Positions 20,801 through 29,300 of a stretch of 64,000 nt of DNA are shown piece after piece (within the stretch, counting starts at the first letter, position 1; each line of letters opens with the position of its first letter). Origin of the DNA: an uncultured Prevotellaceae bacterium (GTDB lineage: Bacteria > Bacteroidota > Bacteroidia > Bacteroidales > Bacteroidaceae). The stretch is taken from assembly GCA_902782305.1 (NCBI GenBank), contig CACZMV010000005.1, positions 9,008 to 73,007 on the forward strand, read 5' to 3'. The notes beneath the pieces are model-generated. The model worked only from the letters and a program-made list of their open reading frames with translations. It was not told the DNA's origin and did no database searches. Position numbers and translations under genes: made by a program.

Positions 20801-23800
20801 GCACGATACCCGCCAAGGGATTATATTTGTTACCCTTTCCATCTGTAGCAGTATGCCCCTCAGGTATCGCGCCAGAATAATACTTATCCGTACCGCAGCC
20901 TGAGCCATACACGTTGCCACGATAGGGATAGGCTGCACCAGAATAATCCCCTATCGTCTCACCGCTTGGAATACCCACCGTACCGCTGTAGATATAGACA
21001 GCTGCATCATTAAAGACATGACCATTCTCACCACCACCATATACAGAGCCTTTAATAGTGGGGGTTGTAAAGACAGAGCCAGAGCCTGATGTACCAATCT
21101 TCACCTCGGTATTATATACCCAAGCCAGCTTATCATGGATAGCACCTGGAGCACCCACGTCACCACGTGACGAACCAAATATCATACCATTCTCACTGCC
21201 ATTTTTACCGATAGTGCCGCCAGTAATAATAACTTCAGCCTTGCCACCCGTAGTAGATTGCAAGCGGCCTGTAGGCAATCCAGTGGTTGCGTCGTAGGTA
21301 AACTCACCTACTGAGCCATACGCACCACCACCATAGACATTGTGCCAGATGCGTCCATTCTCTATCTCTACCTTCGTGTTACCCTTAACCAAACCAGCGG
21401 CAACATAATTATGATTGGCACCCGTATGTTCTGCGTCACCTTTACCGCCTCCATAGACGTTACCATAATATGCGCCACCAAGATTTTCAGTTCCGATAGT
21501 ACCGCCAGTAACCTTTACATTAGTATTATCCTGTACATAACCACTCTCACTACCGCCAAAGACGGAACCCTTGACAGTACCTCCGCCGATGGTTACATCT
21601 GTTCCTGTAACCAAGGCTAAGGTTTGCAGGAACTCTAAATACTTGTCCTCAGTGGTAAAATATTCCCAAACATAAGCGTGGTTATCTGGATAATAGTCCC
21701 AAGTTGTTCCTGGTTCACCTGTATGCTTCGTCGAATTATAGTCCACCATACGTTTGGACCAGTTAGCTTTATCGCCCGTGTGAACATAGTTAGGTGTTAC
21801 ACCCTTACCGGCACCAAACACGTGTCCTGCCGTTATTGGTACATTACTATCGGGGCCCACCTGGGCACTGCCTTGTACGACAACAGTACATTTTCCGCCA
21901 CTCATCGTTTGGTACGGCATCTCATCAGGTGTATCTGTAGGTGCTGTAGGTGCCCCAGTAACATTATCATTAACACCCTTCACCCAATATCTGCCCACCG
22001 TAGCTTGTTCACCACCGCCATAGACGTTTTGCAACACCTTGGCATTGCCCTGAACAGTGACAGTACTATTACCACGAACCAAAGCGGCATAACCGTGTGT
22101 GTCCTTACCTTTACCGGCACCAAATACGCTACCATTAATAACAGGTGCAAAAGGACCATTTCCTGTTCCCACACCTATCTTCACCTGCGTATTCCATTCC
22201 ACTCGGCCCACTTCACCGCCACCATAGACATTACCATTCACCTGACCATTACTGATGGTGACTGTCGTTCCTTTATTTTTATTTTCATCTGTTGTGAGAT
22301 TTGCGCCAGCGCCAGCATTATTAACACCTATCATGGCCTTGGAGCACGAGAATTCGTCGGCCTCACCCTTACCACCACCAAAGACGTTCTCAGTGATAGT
22401 ACCACCGGTGATGTTCACCTGCGTGTTTCCTCCTACATTCGACTCCTCTCCACCGCCATAGACACTGTGCGAAACAGACATTCTCTTACCATTTGTAAGT
22501 GTGGTATTGCCATCGATATTGAGGATTACATTACCTTCTACTTTACCTAATGATGTAAGATCCTCTGTGGTATATAGAATATGGTCTGTCGTGTTGATTG
22601 CCGTTTCTGTTGAGTTGACGGTAGCAGCATGCTCCCAAGTATAGGAAACGGTAGTTGGAAGTTCTGCTTCCAGATAAGCACCCAAGTTCTTGTCATAATG
22701 CGGTGGCGTCTGAAAACTATTATTCATCACATCTACTGGAGGCAATGAAGCTGAGTAACCTGCACCAAACACATTGCCTTCTACGGTGCAGTTGGTAAGC
22801 GTTGACTTTACATCATGAGTAACCTTACCAAGACTGCCACCGCCATAGAAGTTTCCAAGACACTGCTCAAAAAGATTAAGTCTTCCAAGCTTGCTGGTAG
22901 TAATGGTGCAACCAGTAAGTTTTGAGGTAACATAATGCGTAGTGGCCAGCGAGAAACTGACATGATCAACAAACAGACGAGCAACGCTTTGGGTGTTATT
23001 AGACATTGGGATATACTGATAATCTATTCGTGTCTCAACACCACTATAATCAGAATCATACCTATATTTTAGACCATCGTCACCTTGAACCCAACCATCC
23101 CAGTCTGGATCATCTGTTAAGTTATTTATGTTGGAAGGGTATCGGCGGTTATAGGAATTCCCACCATAACCGGCACCGAAGAAAGCGCGGAATGTGCAGT
23201 TTGTCGCATTGGTGACTACCTTCTTGGTGCTGTTCATATTGCCGAACTTGGGTCCGCCACAGAATTGGTCTACACGACTGTTTGAGATAACTGTTGTGAT
23301 GTTGCCTTCTGCAATATGTGCGGCATTGATACCACCAGCGTAGAACTCATCGATGTCAGCATTGTCTATCTGCCAAATGATATTACCGTTGGTATGGTTA
23401 GTTAAAGAACCAATACCTTGCATACCTGTGCCACATACCTTGCCGAAGCGACCGCCATTGATATAACATTCTGCATTGTCGTCATAATTGGCATTGGGAG
23501 TATTATATAGTCCCGTCAGATAGAATTCATCAAAGTCACCACCAGTTACCGAGATAGGTGGATGAGGGCTGACAAACTCATCCTGGGTTTTATCCTGATG
23601 GACGCCAATATGAAATTCCTTGAACCACACATTGCTACCCACATGGTAGTAAGTTACCGTTTTACCTTCTTTGTTTGCAACTTCTGATCCTCCGACCGTC
23701 ACCCATTGTTCAATGACTCCGCCCTGTAATATCATAGGACTATTCACTCTATCCTTTTTATCATACTCAAACTGAGTGAAACGGAAAAGTGAAGTATTCG

Positions 23801-26297
23801 TCGATTCGAACCATCCTAAGGGCTGCATAATACCGAGATTGTATGTACCTGTTCCACCAGTAGACTTTTGTGCCATACCAAGACCTGGAATATTCAGGAA
23901 ATCCACTCTGACAGGATGTGATCGTACACGACTATTAAAACGAAGAATATACGAATAGTCTGGCTCGTTGTCTCTGTCTAAATCAATAGACATAATGGTA
24001 TAAGGTTTACTGCTGGTCTTATCTGAAATATCTAAGCTGTGCACATTACCTACCAATACCACTGCATAGTCGTATGGCTTTCTCCCAGTAGTGGTTTCAC
24101 TATTGAATAGGGTAGTGACAGCATTTGCTAAAGTATTATGAACTGTGAGGGTAAGGGTGCCTTCACCGTTGAAAGCAAAATCATGTGATACGCTGGTACC
24201 TTCACCGACGTTAAACCATTGACCTCCGCCTACAGTCCCAATACCATACTTGTTATTCATGTCTTTATCACAGACTACATCCCGGTAGTCGTCTGCTACA
24301 AACACTGCCTTTGCCCAATAGGGTTCAATAATGATAGATGATACTCCTTCAGGAACGTCGAAGTAAGCGCCTTGACTGAACACGCGACCACTCACCTCAA
24401 ACTTGTCTTTATCAGTACATTTACGATCTGCAAAGTTGTATGGTGTAGTAAGAGTAATATCTCCATTATCATTAACACTCGCAGTTGCATCGGCAGGCGT
24501 TGCTTCATTATTGTCATTGTCTGTTGAATAACTTCCAGCCGTTCCACCACTGATGCTGACAATCTTCCATCCCGTCACCACCCGGTTACCTGTATAGTTA
24601 CCTATACCATAATCGTTATAATATGGCAGTTGAACCTTGCCATAGTTGAAGTTGAAGTGAGCAGGGTCTTTATCGGTAATCGGAAGAGTAAGAGTCATAG
24701 ACTGCCCGGACTTAAGACGGGCTCCTGATGGTGCATCGTACGGACTGTTCGAACCCATCCGTATGGTGACAGATAAAGTTCCCAGCTTACGACCTTCGTT
24801 GTAGTGTTCATTATTAGCATCAATAGTTTCATCGCTTGGCTTATAATTAACTACTGACGGATATTTTCCTTGAGACTTTAGAATTGGGTAAGGAGTGGTC
24901 GTACCAATCTGACTTGGTTCCATCACCCACTTGGCCATTTCATCTTTTTCAAAATCATCACCTTGCACCCACCATGCTGCCAGCTCGCGGTGACCATTGA
25001 GCAGATGGCGGAAGAATTCGAAACGCTGCAAATAGCGTGTCTCTGCAGTAAGAGCACAGTTGTATGTGTTGATATTATTTCGAATCTGAACGTAGGGAGC
25101 TCCAGCCCAGAAATAATTGAAATTGCTTACACCCGTATTATTACCCACATTGGTAATTATCTCACCATTATAGATGGGCGCTTTATTTCCACTGGTACTG
25201 GTAAGGTTACCGTAGAACATACAGTTCATCACCATGGTATTAAGGTTGCTGGCAGTAGTGGTAACATTATTCCTGCCCACGATGCCTCCCACGAAATTTC
25301 CACTGGTGATGTCTGCATAGCTATAGCAGTTGATGACACGGGCTGTACCGTCTAGGAAACCCACCAATCCTCCTACGTAGTCCACACCGCCGACTGTGCT
25401 ACTACTTTCTGTGTGCTGAGGTTTTTTTTCTGCATCAAGGACAGTACTAAACAGCGTGTAACCATCCTTATCTGTAGTAACAGAACTGCCTGTAGCTTGT
25501 ATGCCGCAATTATAGATGCGTGATGCCCCTGTGGCTACATTGGCAATGGCTCCTGTTGCCTTTTTGCTTTGGTTGCCCACTGTAACAGAGGTGTAATAAG
25601 TACTGCCTGCAATCGTCACATTATCCAACACGATATTTTTCACTGTTCCACCACCATTAACTGTCTGGAAGAGAGCATGCTCGAGGCCGGAAATTGTTGG
25701 AAAACTACCATCAGCCTTGGGTTCACCTTCAAAGGTGCCTGTGAAAGTTCCCTTTGAATAAAATACATCAACTACTGAAGCCGATACATCTTCCACAAGG
25801 ACGTAATGGCCACTCATGTTGGGGGATTCTATGCTAGAGTTTCGAGTAATTCTGATGATTTCGTTCTCTGTTAAAAGATGGAATGTAGCCGTAACATACG
25901 CACCGTCATAATCAGCAGGAAGCGTAAAGACATACTTAGCAGTACTGCCCGCACTAACGCTACTGATTTCTGCTGTCATATCATTTTTGTACAGCTTTCC
26001 CTTAATTAAATCGGTGATATCAGAAACACGTCGTTTCGGAGCGTTGGCATTGCCTGTATTTACCAGTTTCTCCACCACGAAGTCCGATGCTTTGATAAAA
26101 TACCCAGTAGCAGGTGTGACGGTAAGTGTCACAGTCCGTTCACTGACACTGGGAGAAACAGTTCCTGCTGAAGCAATTGGTTTCACTTCATACTCAATAT
26201 CGCTAGCAGTAAGTTGAGCCCACGCTCCACTCACTGCGCCCCACATCAGGGCCATCATCATTATCAGAACACGTATATATTTCATCTCTTTATTCAT
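11835..26297 (-). CDS. Giant (4820 aa) secreted beta-solenoid-like repeat protein, putative adhesin
   Basis: Sec signal peptide (AWA|Q); GLUG-like segment (YVGGLVG, FVGGIVG); dozens of (G/S)xV(Y/F)GGG repeats arranged in duplicated modules; no recognisable T9SS CTD. Confidence 0.85.
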   Translation of the reverse strand: MNKEMKYIRVLIMMMALMWGAVSGAWAQLTASDIEYEVKPIASAGTVSPSVSERTVTLTVTPATGYFIKASDFVVEKLVNTGNANAPKRRVSDITDLIKGKLYKNDMTAEISSVSAGSTAKYVFTLPADYDGAYVTATFHLLTENEIIRITRNSSIESPNMSGHYVLVEDVSASVVDVFYSKGTFTGTFEGEPKADGSFPTISGLEHALFQTVNGGGTVKNIVLDNVTIAGSTYYTSVTVGNQSKKATGAIANVATGASRIYNCGIQATGSSVTTDKDGYTLFSTVLDAEKKPQHTESSSTVGGVDYVGGLVGFLDGTARVINCYSYADITSGNFVGGIVGRNNVTTTASNLNTMVMNCMFYGNLTSTSGNKAPIYNGEIITNVGNNTGVSNFNYFWAGAPYVQIRNNINTYNCALTAETRYLQRFEFFRHLLNGHRELAAWWVQGDDFEKDEMAKWVMEPSQIGTTTPYPILKSQGKYPSVVNYKPSDETIDANNEHYNEGRKLGTLSVTIRMGSNSPYDAPSGARLKSGQSMTLTLPITDKDPAHFNFNYGKVQLPYYNDYGIGNYTGNRVVTGWKIVSISGGTAGSYSTDNDNNEATPADATASVNDNGDITLTTPYNFADRKCTDKDKFEVSGRVFSQGAYFDVPEGVSSIIIEPYWAKAVFVADDYRDVVCDKDMNNKYGIGTVGGGQWFNVGEGTSVSHDFAFNGEGTLTLTVHNTLANAVTTLFNSETTTGRKPYDYAVVLVGNVHSLDISDKTSSKPYTIMSIDLDRDNEPDYSYILRFNSRVRSHPVRVDFLNIPGLGMAQKSTGGTGTYNLGIMQPLGWFESTNTSLFRFTQFEYDKKDRVNSPMILQGGVIEQWVTVGGSEVANKEGKTVTYYHVGSNVWFKEFHIGVHQDKTQDEFVSPHPPISVTGGDFDEFYLTGLYNTPNANYDDNAECYINGGRFGKVCGTGMQGIGSLTNHTNGNIIWQIDNADIDEFYAGGINAAHIAEGNITTVISNSRVDQFCGGPKFGNMNSTKKVVTNATNCTFRAFFGAGYGGNSYNRRYPSNINNLTDDPDWDGWVQGDDGLKYRYDSDYSGVETRIDYQYIPMSNNTQSVARLFVDHVSFSLATTHYVTSKLTGCTITTSKLGRLNLFEQCLGNFYGGGSLGKVTHDVKSTLTNCTVEGNVFGAGYSASLPPVDVMNNSFQTPPHYDKNLGAYLEAELPTTVSYTWEHAATVNSTETAINTTDHILYTTEDLTSLGKVEGNVILNIDGNTTLTNGKRMSVSHSVYGGGEESNVGGNTQVNITGGTITENVFGGGKGEADEFSCSKAMIGVNNAGAGANLTTDENKNKGTTVTISNGQVNGNVYGGGEVGRVEWNTQVKIGVGTGNGPFAPVINGSVFGAGKGKDTHGYAALVRGNSTVTVQGNAKVLQNVYGGGEQATVGRYWVKGVNDNVTGAPTAPTDTPDEMPYQTMSGGKCTVVVQGSAQVGPDSNVPITAGHVFGAGKGVTPNYVHTGDKANWSKRMVDYNSTKHTGEPGTTWDYYPDNHAYVWEYFTTEDKYLEFLQTLALVTGTDVTIGGGTVKGSVFGGSESGYVQDNTNVKVTGGTIGTENLGGAYYGNVYGGGKGDAEHTGANHNYVAAGLVKGNTKVEIENGRIWHNVYGGGAYGSVGEFTYDATTGLPTGRLQSTTGGKAEVIITGGTIGKNGSENGMIFGSSRGDVGAPGAIHDKLAWVYNTEVKIGTSGSGSVFTTPTIKGSVYGGGENGHVFNDAAVYIYSGTVGIPSGETIGDYSGAAYPYRGNVYGSGCGTDKYYSGAIPEGHTATDGKGNKYNPLAGIVQGNTSVNISGGHVVRNVYGAGAMGSVGTASDANSGKTTITVTGGRIGYDGNSNNDGNIFGAARGDLAATGDNLAQVRETEVNISYATTPTADNEDKNVQLIAGSVFGGGEAGIVKGSVAVSMTRGLILKDVYGGGALADTQTSNWDASANSNAGGWADTNQKSALNTTTVRLTGGTILGEAYGGALGQKNGVNGATSDIAAYVYGDVLLDLNGTTSSGETGAAIDNTAKGCVVGQVFGCNNINGSPKGDVMVHVYATQNAAATQIANTPAVEAPETNPAVAAVENAKVLGRYDVSAVYGGGNMAAYVPVTPNTSTTSEANGSRTQVIIEGCTLTSIETVYGGGNAAAVPETNVDIKGAYEIGYLFGGGNGKDKILINNVLTENPGADIGQYHNGTEMVAYGTGNANSRMEAGLIHEAYGGSNTKGVLKGSINQVSAPKNPGDDDYCCELVLEKIVGAGKYADIDGDVNMTLSCQPSTKVPLLFAGADEANVNGNITLNITNGNFGKVFGGNNLGGAVKGKITVNVEETGCQPIKIDELYLGGNEAAYSIYGYYESEDIQTETGKKILKPRESATDSRLPVKHDGTKYASISDFINYAQPELNIISCTYIGEVFGGGLGAPATMYANPSVNINMVKGEYGDNTTIGVPAMMKNLPNTENTNHLGIIGNVYGGGNAASVIGETHVNIGTEQTVGTSQTVLGAYITGNVYGGGKLANVGEMDADIDNITAAGRTFVNIGAKKTTVNNQEVWQAVAAGKGVTIKGNVYGGGKGEATTFKCEKAMVAGSTNIMIGNGTVNGVVYGGGQLGRVETGTTVTIGIGDGEATGTPTSEPQINGDVYGAGAGANTHGYAALVRGISEVTIQGNAKVGRSVYGGGQIASVGRYKVKKGQGKPSDAPDDVEIGMPYTLADSNSKCIVTVKGYAEIGPDNMQMKATGGPDDTGYVFGAGKGVLPYEGYEANENPVRWTIDDKNQYVQEVYTSDKEELYLKYVGTLALATETEVTIGGHAFVKGSVYGGSENGHVQHNTKVKIEDHCQIGNGWNPTLNSNAGGGVNERYNENLFVNPATATAQQIETAAASIYECAHWDYTNPYTPYDKNGAAGGGATTAKDGHTFYGNVFGGGSGLYPYKSRKDNIFEWLRTAGRVEGNTNVIITGGHILTSVYGGCELTDVGNGVSVETNKGRCFVKMSGGTLGVPRTLAQIAAHPVTCYLFGAGKGDQRVHFDQWTNVGKVRVEINDSISQPIIYGSAFGGGEDGHVLGDVSIDIKTMNGNDPVIGTWGTSYVDGNVFGGGRGFGGDALTAGVVSGNVYINISGGKMLGSIYGGGRLGSVGTYLVPSTHANYGKLIDDGKKVTITDGSISETTGGGNHGHITIDISGGTIGNSYEYVIPSTADNTAVGITETDITKWTTTAGGDWDKWKSYKHIPNTEFDATSNRLTHTKGGNVFAGAMGRLYALNGTTVLPRWIDLGKVKSTKLNISGSAVIKSSIYGGGELGWTEGTHTATIGGEEKDVSTEISISGGTIGTEVKDGEATKYTFGSVFGGGYGSSIEKLVDADSKETNPKFQAGRVKYSTKVDITGDAKVLASVYGGGEVASVGYGFYSYDNDNVIGESAISDASEAANTWVSISGNAVIGKDKEGSTYFGGATMGNVYGGGSGNRTIVRCGLILGNTNVNVSGGTIYHNIYGGGAYGSVGNFIYTTNIDPDHGTKKVYGVESLKTTGTGTANVTITGGIIGVDGRENGMVFGSSRGDVIGNLQRDDYMAWVNEANVIIGTSRATTGPTIAGSVYGSGENGHTLHNTNVAIHSGTIGILTGSTITGSSGKEYNGAEYPYRGNVYGGGCGTDTYTEGDKTLYNPLAGLVKGNATVTMDGGRVARTIYGGGAMGSVGTFTYADADYHTEHTDVPVGKPYSCTEGTGLCTVTISGGSVGPDVLAMPNNYGNVFGAGRGEVHAPAEYANLETSGYVNKTLVTVSGSAFVRGSVYGGAESGHVLADTHVKIQGGQIGCGKTTTEPYGDNVWAADYTPIDATDLECASWPYTAPYTPYDKFADGNGKYSDGSSADNAHPTGTDGHTFYGNVFGGGSGYEPYAAGKWLPTAGWVEGNTTVEITGGHILTSVYGGNEMTDVGQGGVRKMTDLAKETPDMFYDITKPGGKCTVKMSGGTLGVPRTLAQIAAHPVTCYLFGAGKGDQRIFFNKTTNVNNVEVEISGTARIYGSVFGGGEDGHVMRDVKMTIKDNAYIGNYGTSYVEGNVFGGGRGFSGEALTAGNVGGCVEINIQGGTMLGSVYGGGRLGSVGYGLYLVDEVVGEEKPYGVLRDDNVDDRGKEVSGFNRGYITINISGGTIGNNIEYKANPTAADKQKMLTTTFDSQNHLLYTRGGNVFAGCMGRLYSLGNTLLPLWPKLGRCKQTKLNITGGTIKSNVYGGAELGVVKKNTSVNITGGQVGTQIGTGSGAYYYGSVFGSGKGSVDNITYPSTTPEAEQIPISEAGTTGGNVEVHLNKNVAANTKGGIVRKVFGCNDMNGTPKGDVLVHIHATQSEGTDNIATKAASGYDVDYVFGGGNNADYVPTETDAKQSTEVIIEGCDLTSIEEVYGGGYGAATPGTKVEIRGTKIIDNVFGGGYGAGQNNPGANVGIRTDGTTEYGNTGAGVKTAVVRLMAGNVHNVYGGSNTKGDIRGGSSITNIDKTGSQGTNLPCCDNLNVNNIYGGGKDAEMAGGAEIVLGCMPNDWISEIYAGAENADVGNDVSLTLTSGKFGRVFGGNKSGGKLDGQIEVNIEESETCGTPIIIGELYGGGNLAPYSIYGYNDDGTPRTAALPNVTPHNSPRVNVRRFTSIGNIFGGGLGANAVMVGSPTVNINEVAFDKTVTDYKANGYDPASDTSKPEWLIDKDYAGDRTGKVVLYPHVDGNMGVIGNVFGGGNAAQVTGNTNVNIGTEASVKFESILDNTIEGNDKRVSKSVVGADIRGNVYGGGNNAEVTGNTNVNIGKRVE

Positions 26298-26322
26298 ATC
26301 ATCGTCTGCATTTATCCATGGT

Positions 26323-29300
26323 TCACTTAATCACGACCTTTTTTCCGTTTACAATATATAGTCCCTTTGCGGTGGGTTTGCCAATGAGGCAACGACCGTC
26401 AAGGGTATACCATCTGTCACTTCTTCCATCATCCATCTTCCATCTTCCATCTTCTATTCCCGTTACATTCCCCCAAGCAATGCGAAGATTAGCTGGAGCG
26501 GGCGAAGGAGAAGGTGCATCATAATTGGGGTTTTCCATATACACCTTACCATTTCCTAAATCACCTCCTTTATTGAGCACAAACTCATTTTTATAAAGCA
26601 CGTAGATTTCTTTCGTGTTGAAATGAGCTGATTCTGCAGTCACTCTCTTCAGTTTGTTGTACGCTATCTGCTCCGGTGTTATTGCAGTAACATTACTTGC
26701 ATCCTTCACCAAGAATCCATTCTTTTCTTCATGGGTTACCAACAGCACTGGTACACCAGCAGGAATATATTCCAACGGTTCCGGAATGGCCCATGTTCCC
26801 TCTATGTCTGAAATGATATAAGCTGCAATGTCCTCGGGCAAAGCATGTCCGATATCAGTACCCCCAGAGCTCTCCGCCACAAAGGTTGCCGACCACTCTG
26901 TTTGATTGGCATCAGTGGTAAAATGCACTATAGCATTTCTAATAACAACAGAACCATCATAATTACCGACACCAGAAAGTGTCCTTGTGGAGTATTTTGT
27001 TCCAACCACCTCATTGCCTATAGTATAATCGACATCTTTATTCAAAGTATGTATACCAAATTCTAGAATCACATTACCATCTTCATCGAAACTGAGGGTA
27101 AATCCCTCTGCAAGTGCACCATCACCTATACTCTTTTTTGCCACAGTCAAGACACCAGTGGAGAAAGTAATATCGTAATTCGTTGACGTCAAACCACTGG
27201 GAGTGATGACATAGCTACCCTGATTACCATATTGTGCGTCAAAGGGGGTATAAGGTTGTGGATCATCACCACTTGTTGTATATGAGTAGCTAAGTGTTCC
27301 TCCGAGCACGCTTTCTGTCTCAGCGGGATTACCAACAAACCCATTATAGGTTACACCATCATTATCTGGTTCATCGCCATATCCAATAGTCTTATTGTTC
27401 GCTTTAATCGTCAATGGTGCCTTATCAATGGAAAAATACGTTACAGGCACATTCCATATATACAAAACATCAGTATCGTCAGCATCAGTGATGGTGACAT
27501 TCGCTGTTTCTGTTCCTGCATTGATGTTTTTATCATAGGTAGTTGAAAAACCCGTCGTTGTTTGTGTTGTACCAACTGACAATGTTACTGATGGTTCCCA
27601 TGCTGTACCTTTATATGTATAAGGTCCTGTTTCCAGTGTGACAACAGGATTGTTAAGCAGAGTGATGACAGGAGAAGAATCAGTGTTTGTCCCATCGCTC
27701 ACAAAAGCAATGGCTTTGATAAGTAATTGGTCTGAAGCACTGAATGGCGTATTGTTAGTATATCTTTGGTTTTCATCATTAGGATTCGGTTCTGTTCCAT
27801 CAGTGGTATAATATATTCTTGTTATATCAGGAACACATGAAATGGTAATGGAACCTGCATTTTCTTCGAAAACCGGGTCGTTACAGAAGATATCTGCTTG
27901 GGTAAACGTCCAAATATTACCACTGTTTCCTCGTGTTGCGCCTTTTTTAAGAGCATTATTATCTCTCCAGATCATAGGAATCTGTGCCAATTGGTCATCC
28001 TTTATTGCTTTCGGAACAATGTAATAGTAATTGGATGTAGGTGACTTAACAAATGCGAATTTGTAATTATCATCTTCATCATCATACGAGCCTACATTAA
28101 GACTCGTGTTTGCTATTTCTGTATAATGCAAAGCCTTACCTGTTTCAGCATTGACTACCTTGTAATAGGTGAGCCAATCGTCATCATTTGGATCTTCTAC
28201 TTTTACAAAACACCAACTCATCTTCTTAACGGTTGCATCGTCTGTTGCATCTGAAGCTGTAGCATAATTTGTGGTTGGCGGAATTATGAAATAGTTATCT
28301 CCGTTACCATTCTGAATCTTGTAATAAACAGCTGTGTTTGCATCTGACGATGTAAACGGCAATATGTCATCATTTAGCACTTCATCCTTAGTAACGAAAT
28401 TCCACTGAGAATACTCATTATCAGTTCCGCTCAAATTAACAGCATTTTTATTTGTATTTCCGCTGTTTTTATTCAAATATTTATTGGTAATACCATAAGG
28501 CACGATGCTATAACCATCAGTTCTTTTTATCAAATAGAACTTAAAACCATTATCACCATCATTTTCTAAAGATGTCTTTTCTGAAGGGGTCTTCATGTAA
28601 ATATTATCACCCGTACGATACAAATAGGCACCTGTCTTGGCGTTAATAATATTCAGGTATAGTTCTCCATCAGTTTCACCAGTGTACCTGATATTCCATT
28701 CCATCGTTGGTCTTGGCATACTTGTGGTATTTACTGTGGTATTTCCACTTGAAACATCACTCGGAATCAGATAGAATATATTCTTTGTTTCACTTCCTAT
28801 AGTCCAAGGATTCTGGTTGTTACTAATCAAATACGGATGTTCTGTACTGAAAACTGTCACTTCTTGCGTAATGAGACCAGAGGCATAACCTACATTTCCA
28901 TTATTCATCACAGCAATAGCTTTGATGGTATGGACACCCTCAGTTAATTGTATATTATCAGTGGCATTATAGATGTCATCAGTACCTGTAGCACTTGGAT
29001 CTTCGCCATCAATGGTATAATGGATGGTCACATCTTCATTTGCACATGTGAGTGATAAATTATTGTTACCGTCAATGTGTATAATGGGCTTAGGAACTTC
29101 AAAGAACCATTGAGAACCAGTTTCAATCTTATTATTGTTTATTTTTAGATAAAAGCCTATGATACCTCCGCTATCACCTCCGTTGGCAGTATACTGATTG
29201 TAATTACCGCTTGGTGGATTTAAATATTTGTTATTTCCACTTTTATAATCATCAAGACAACATATAGCATAACTATTAATTCCTTTTACAGTTTCTATGG

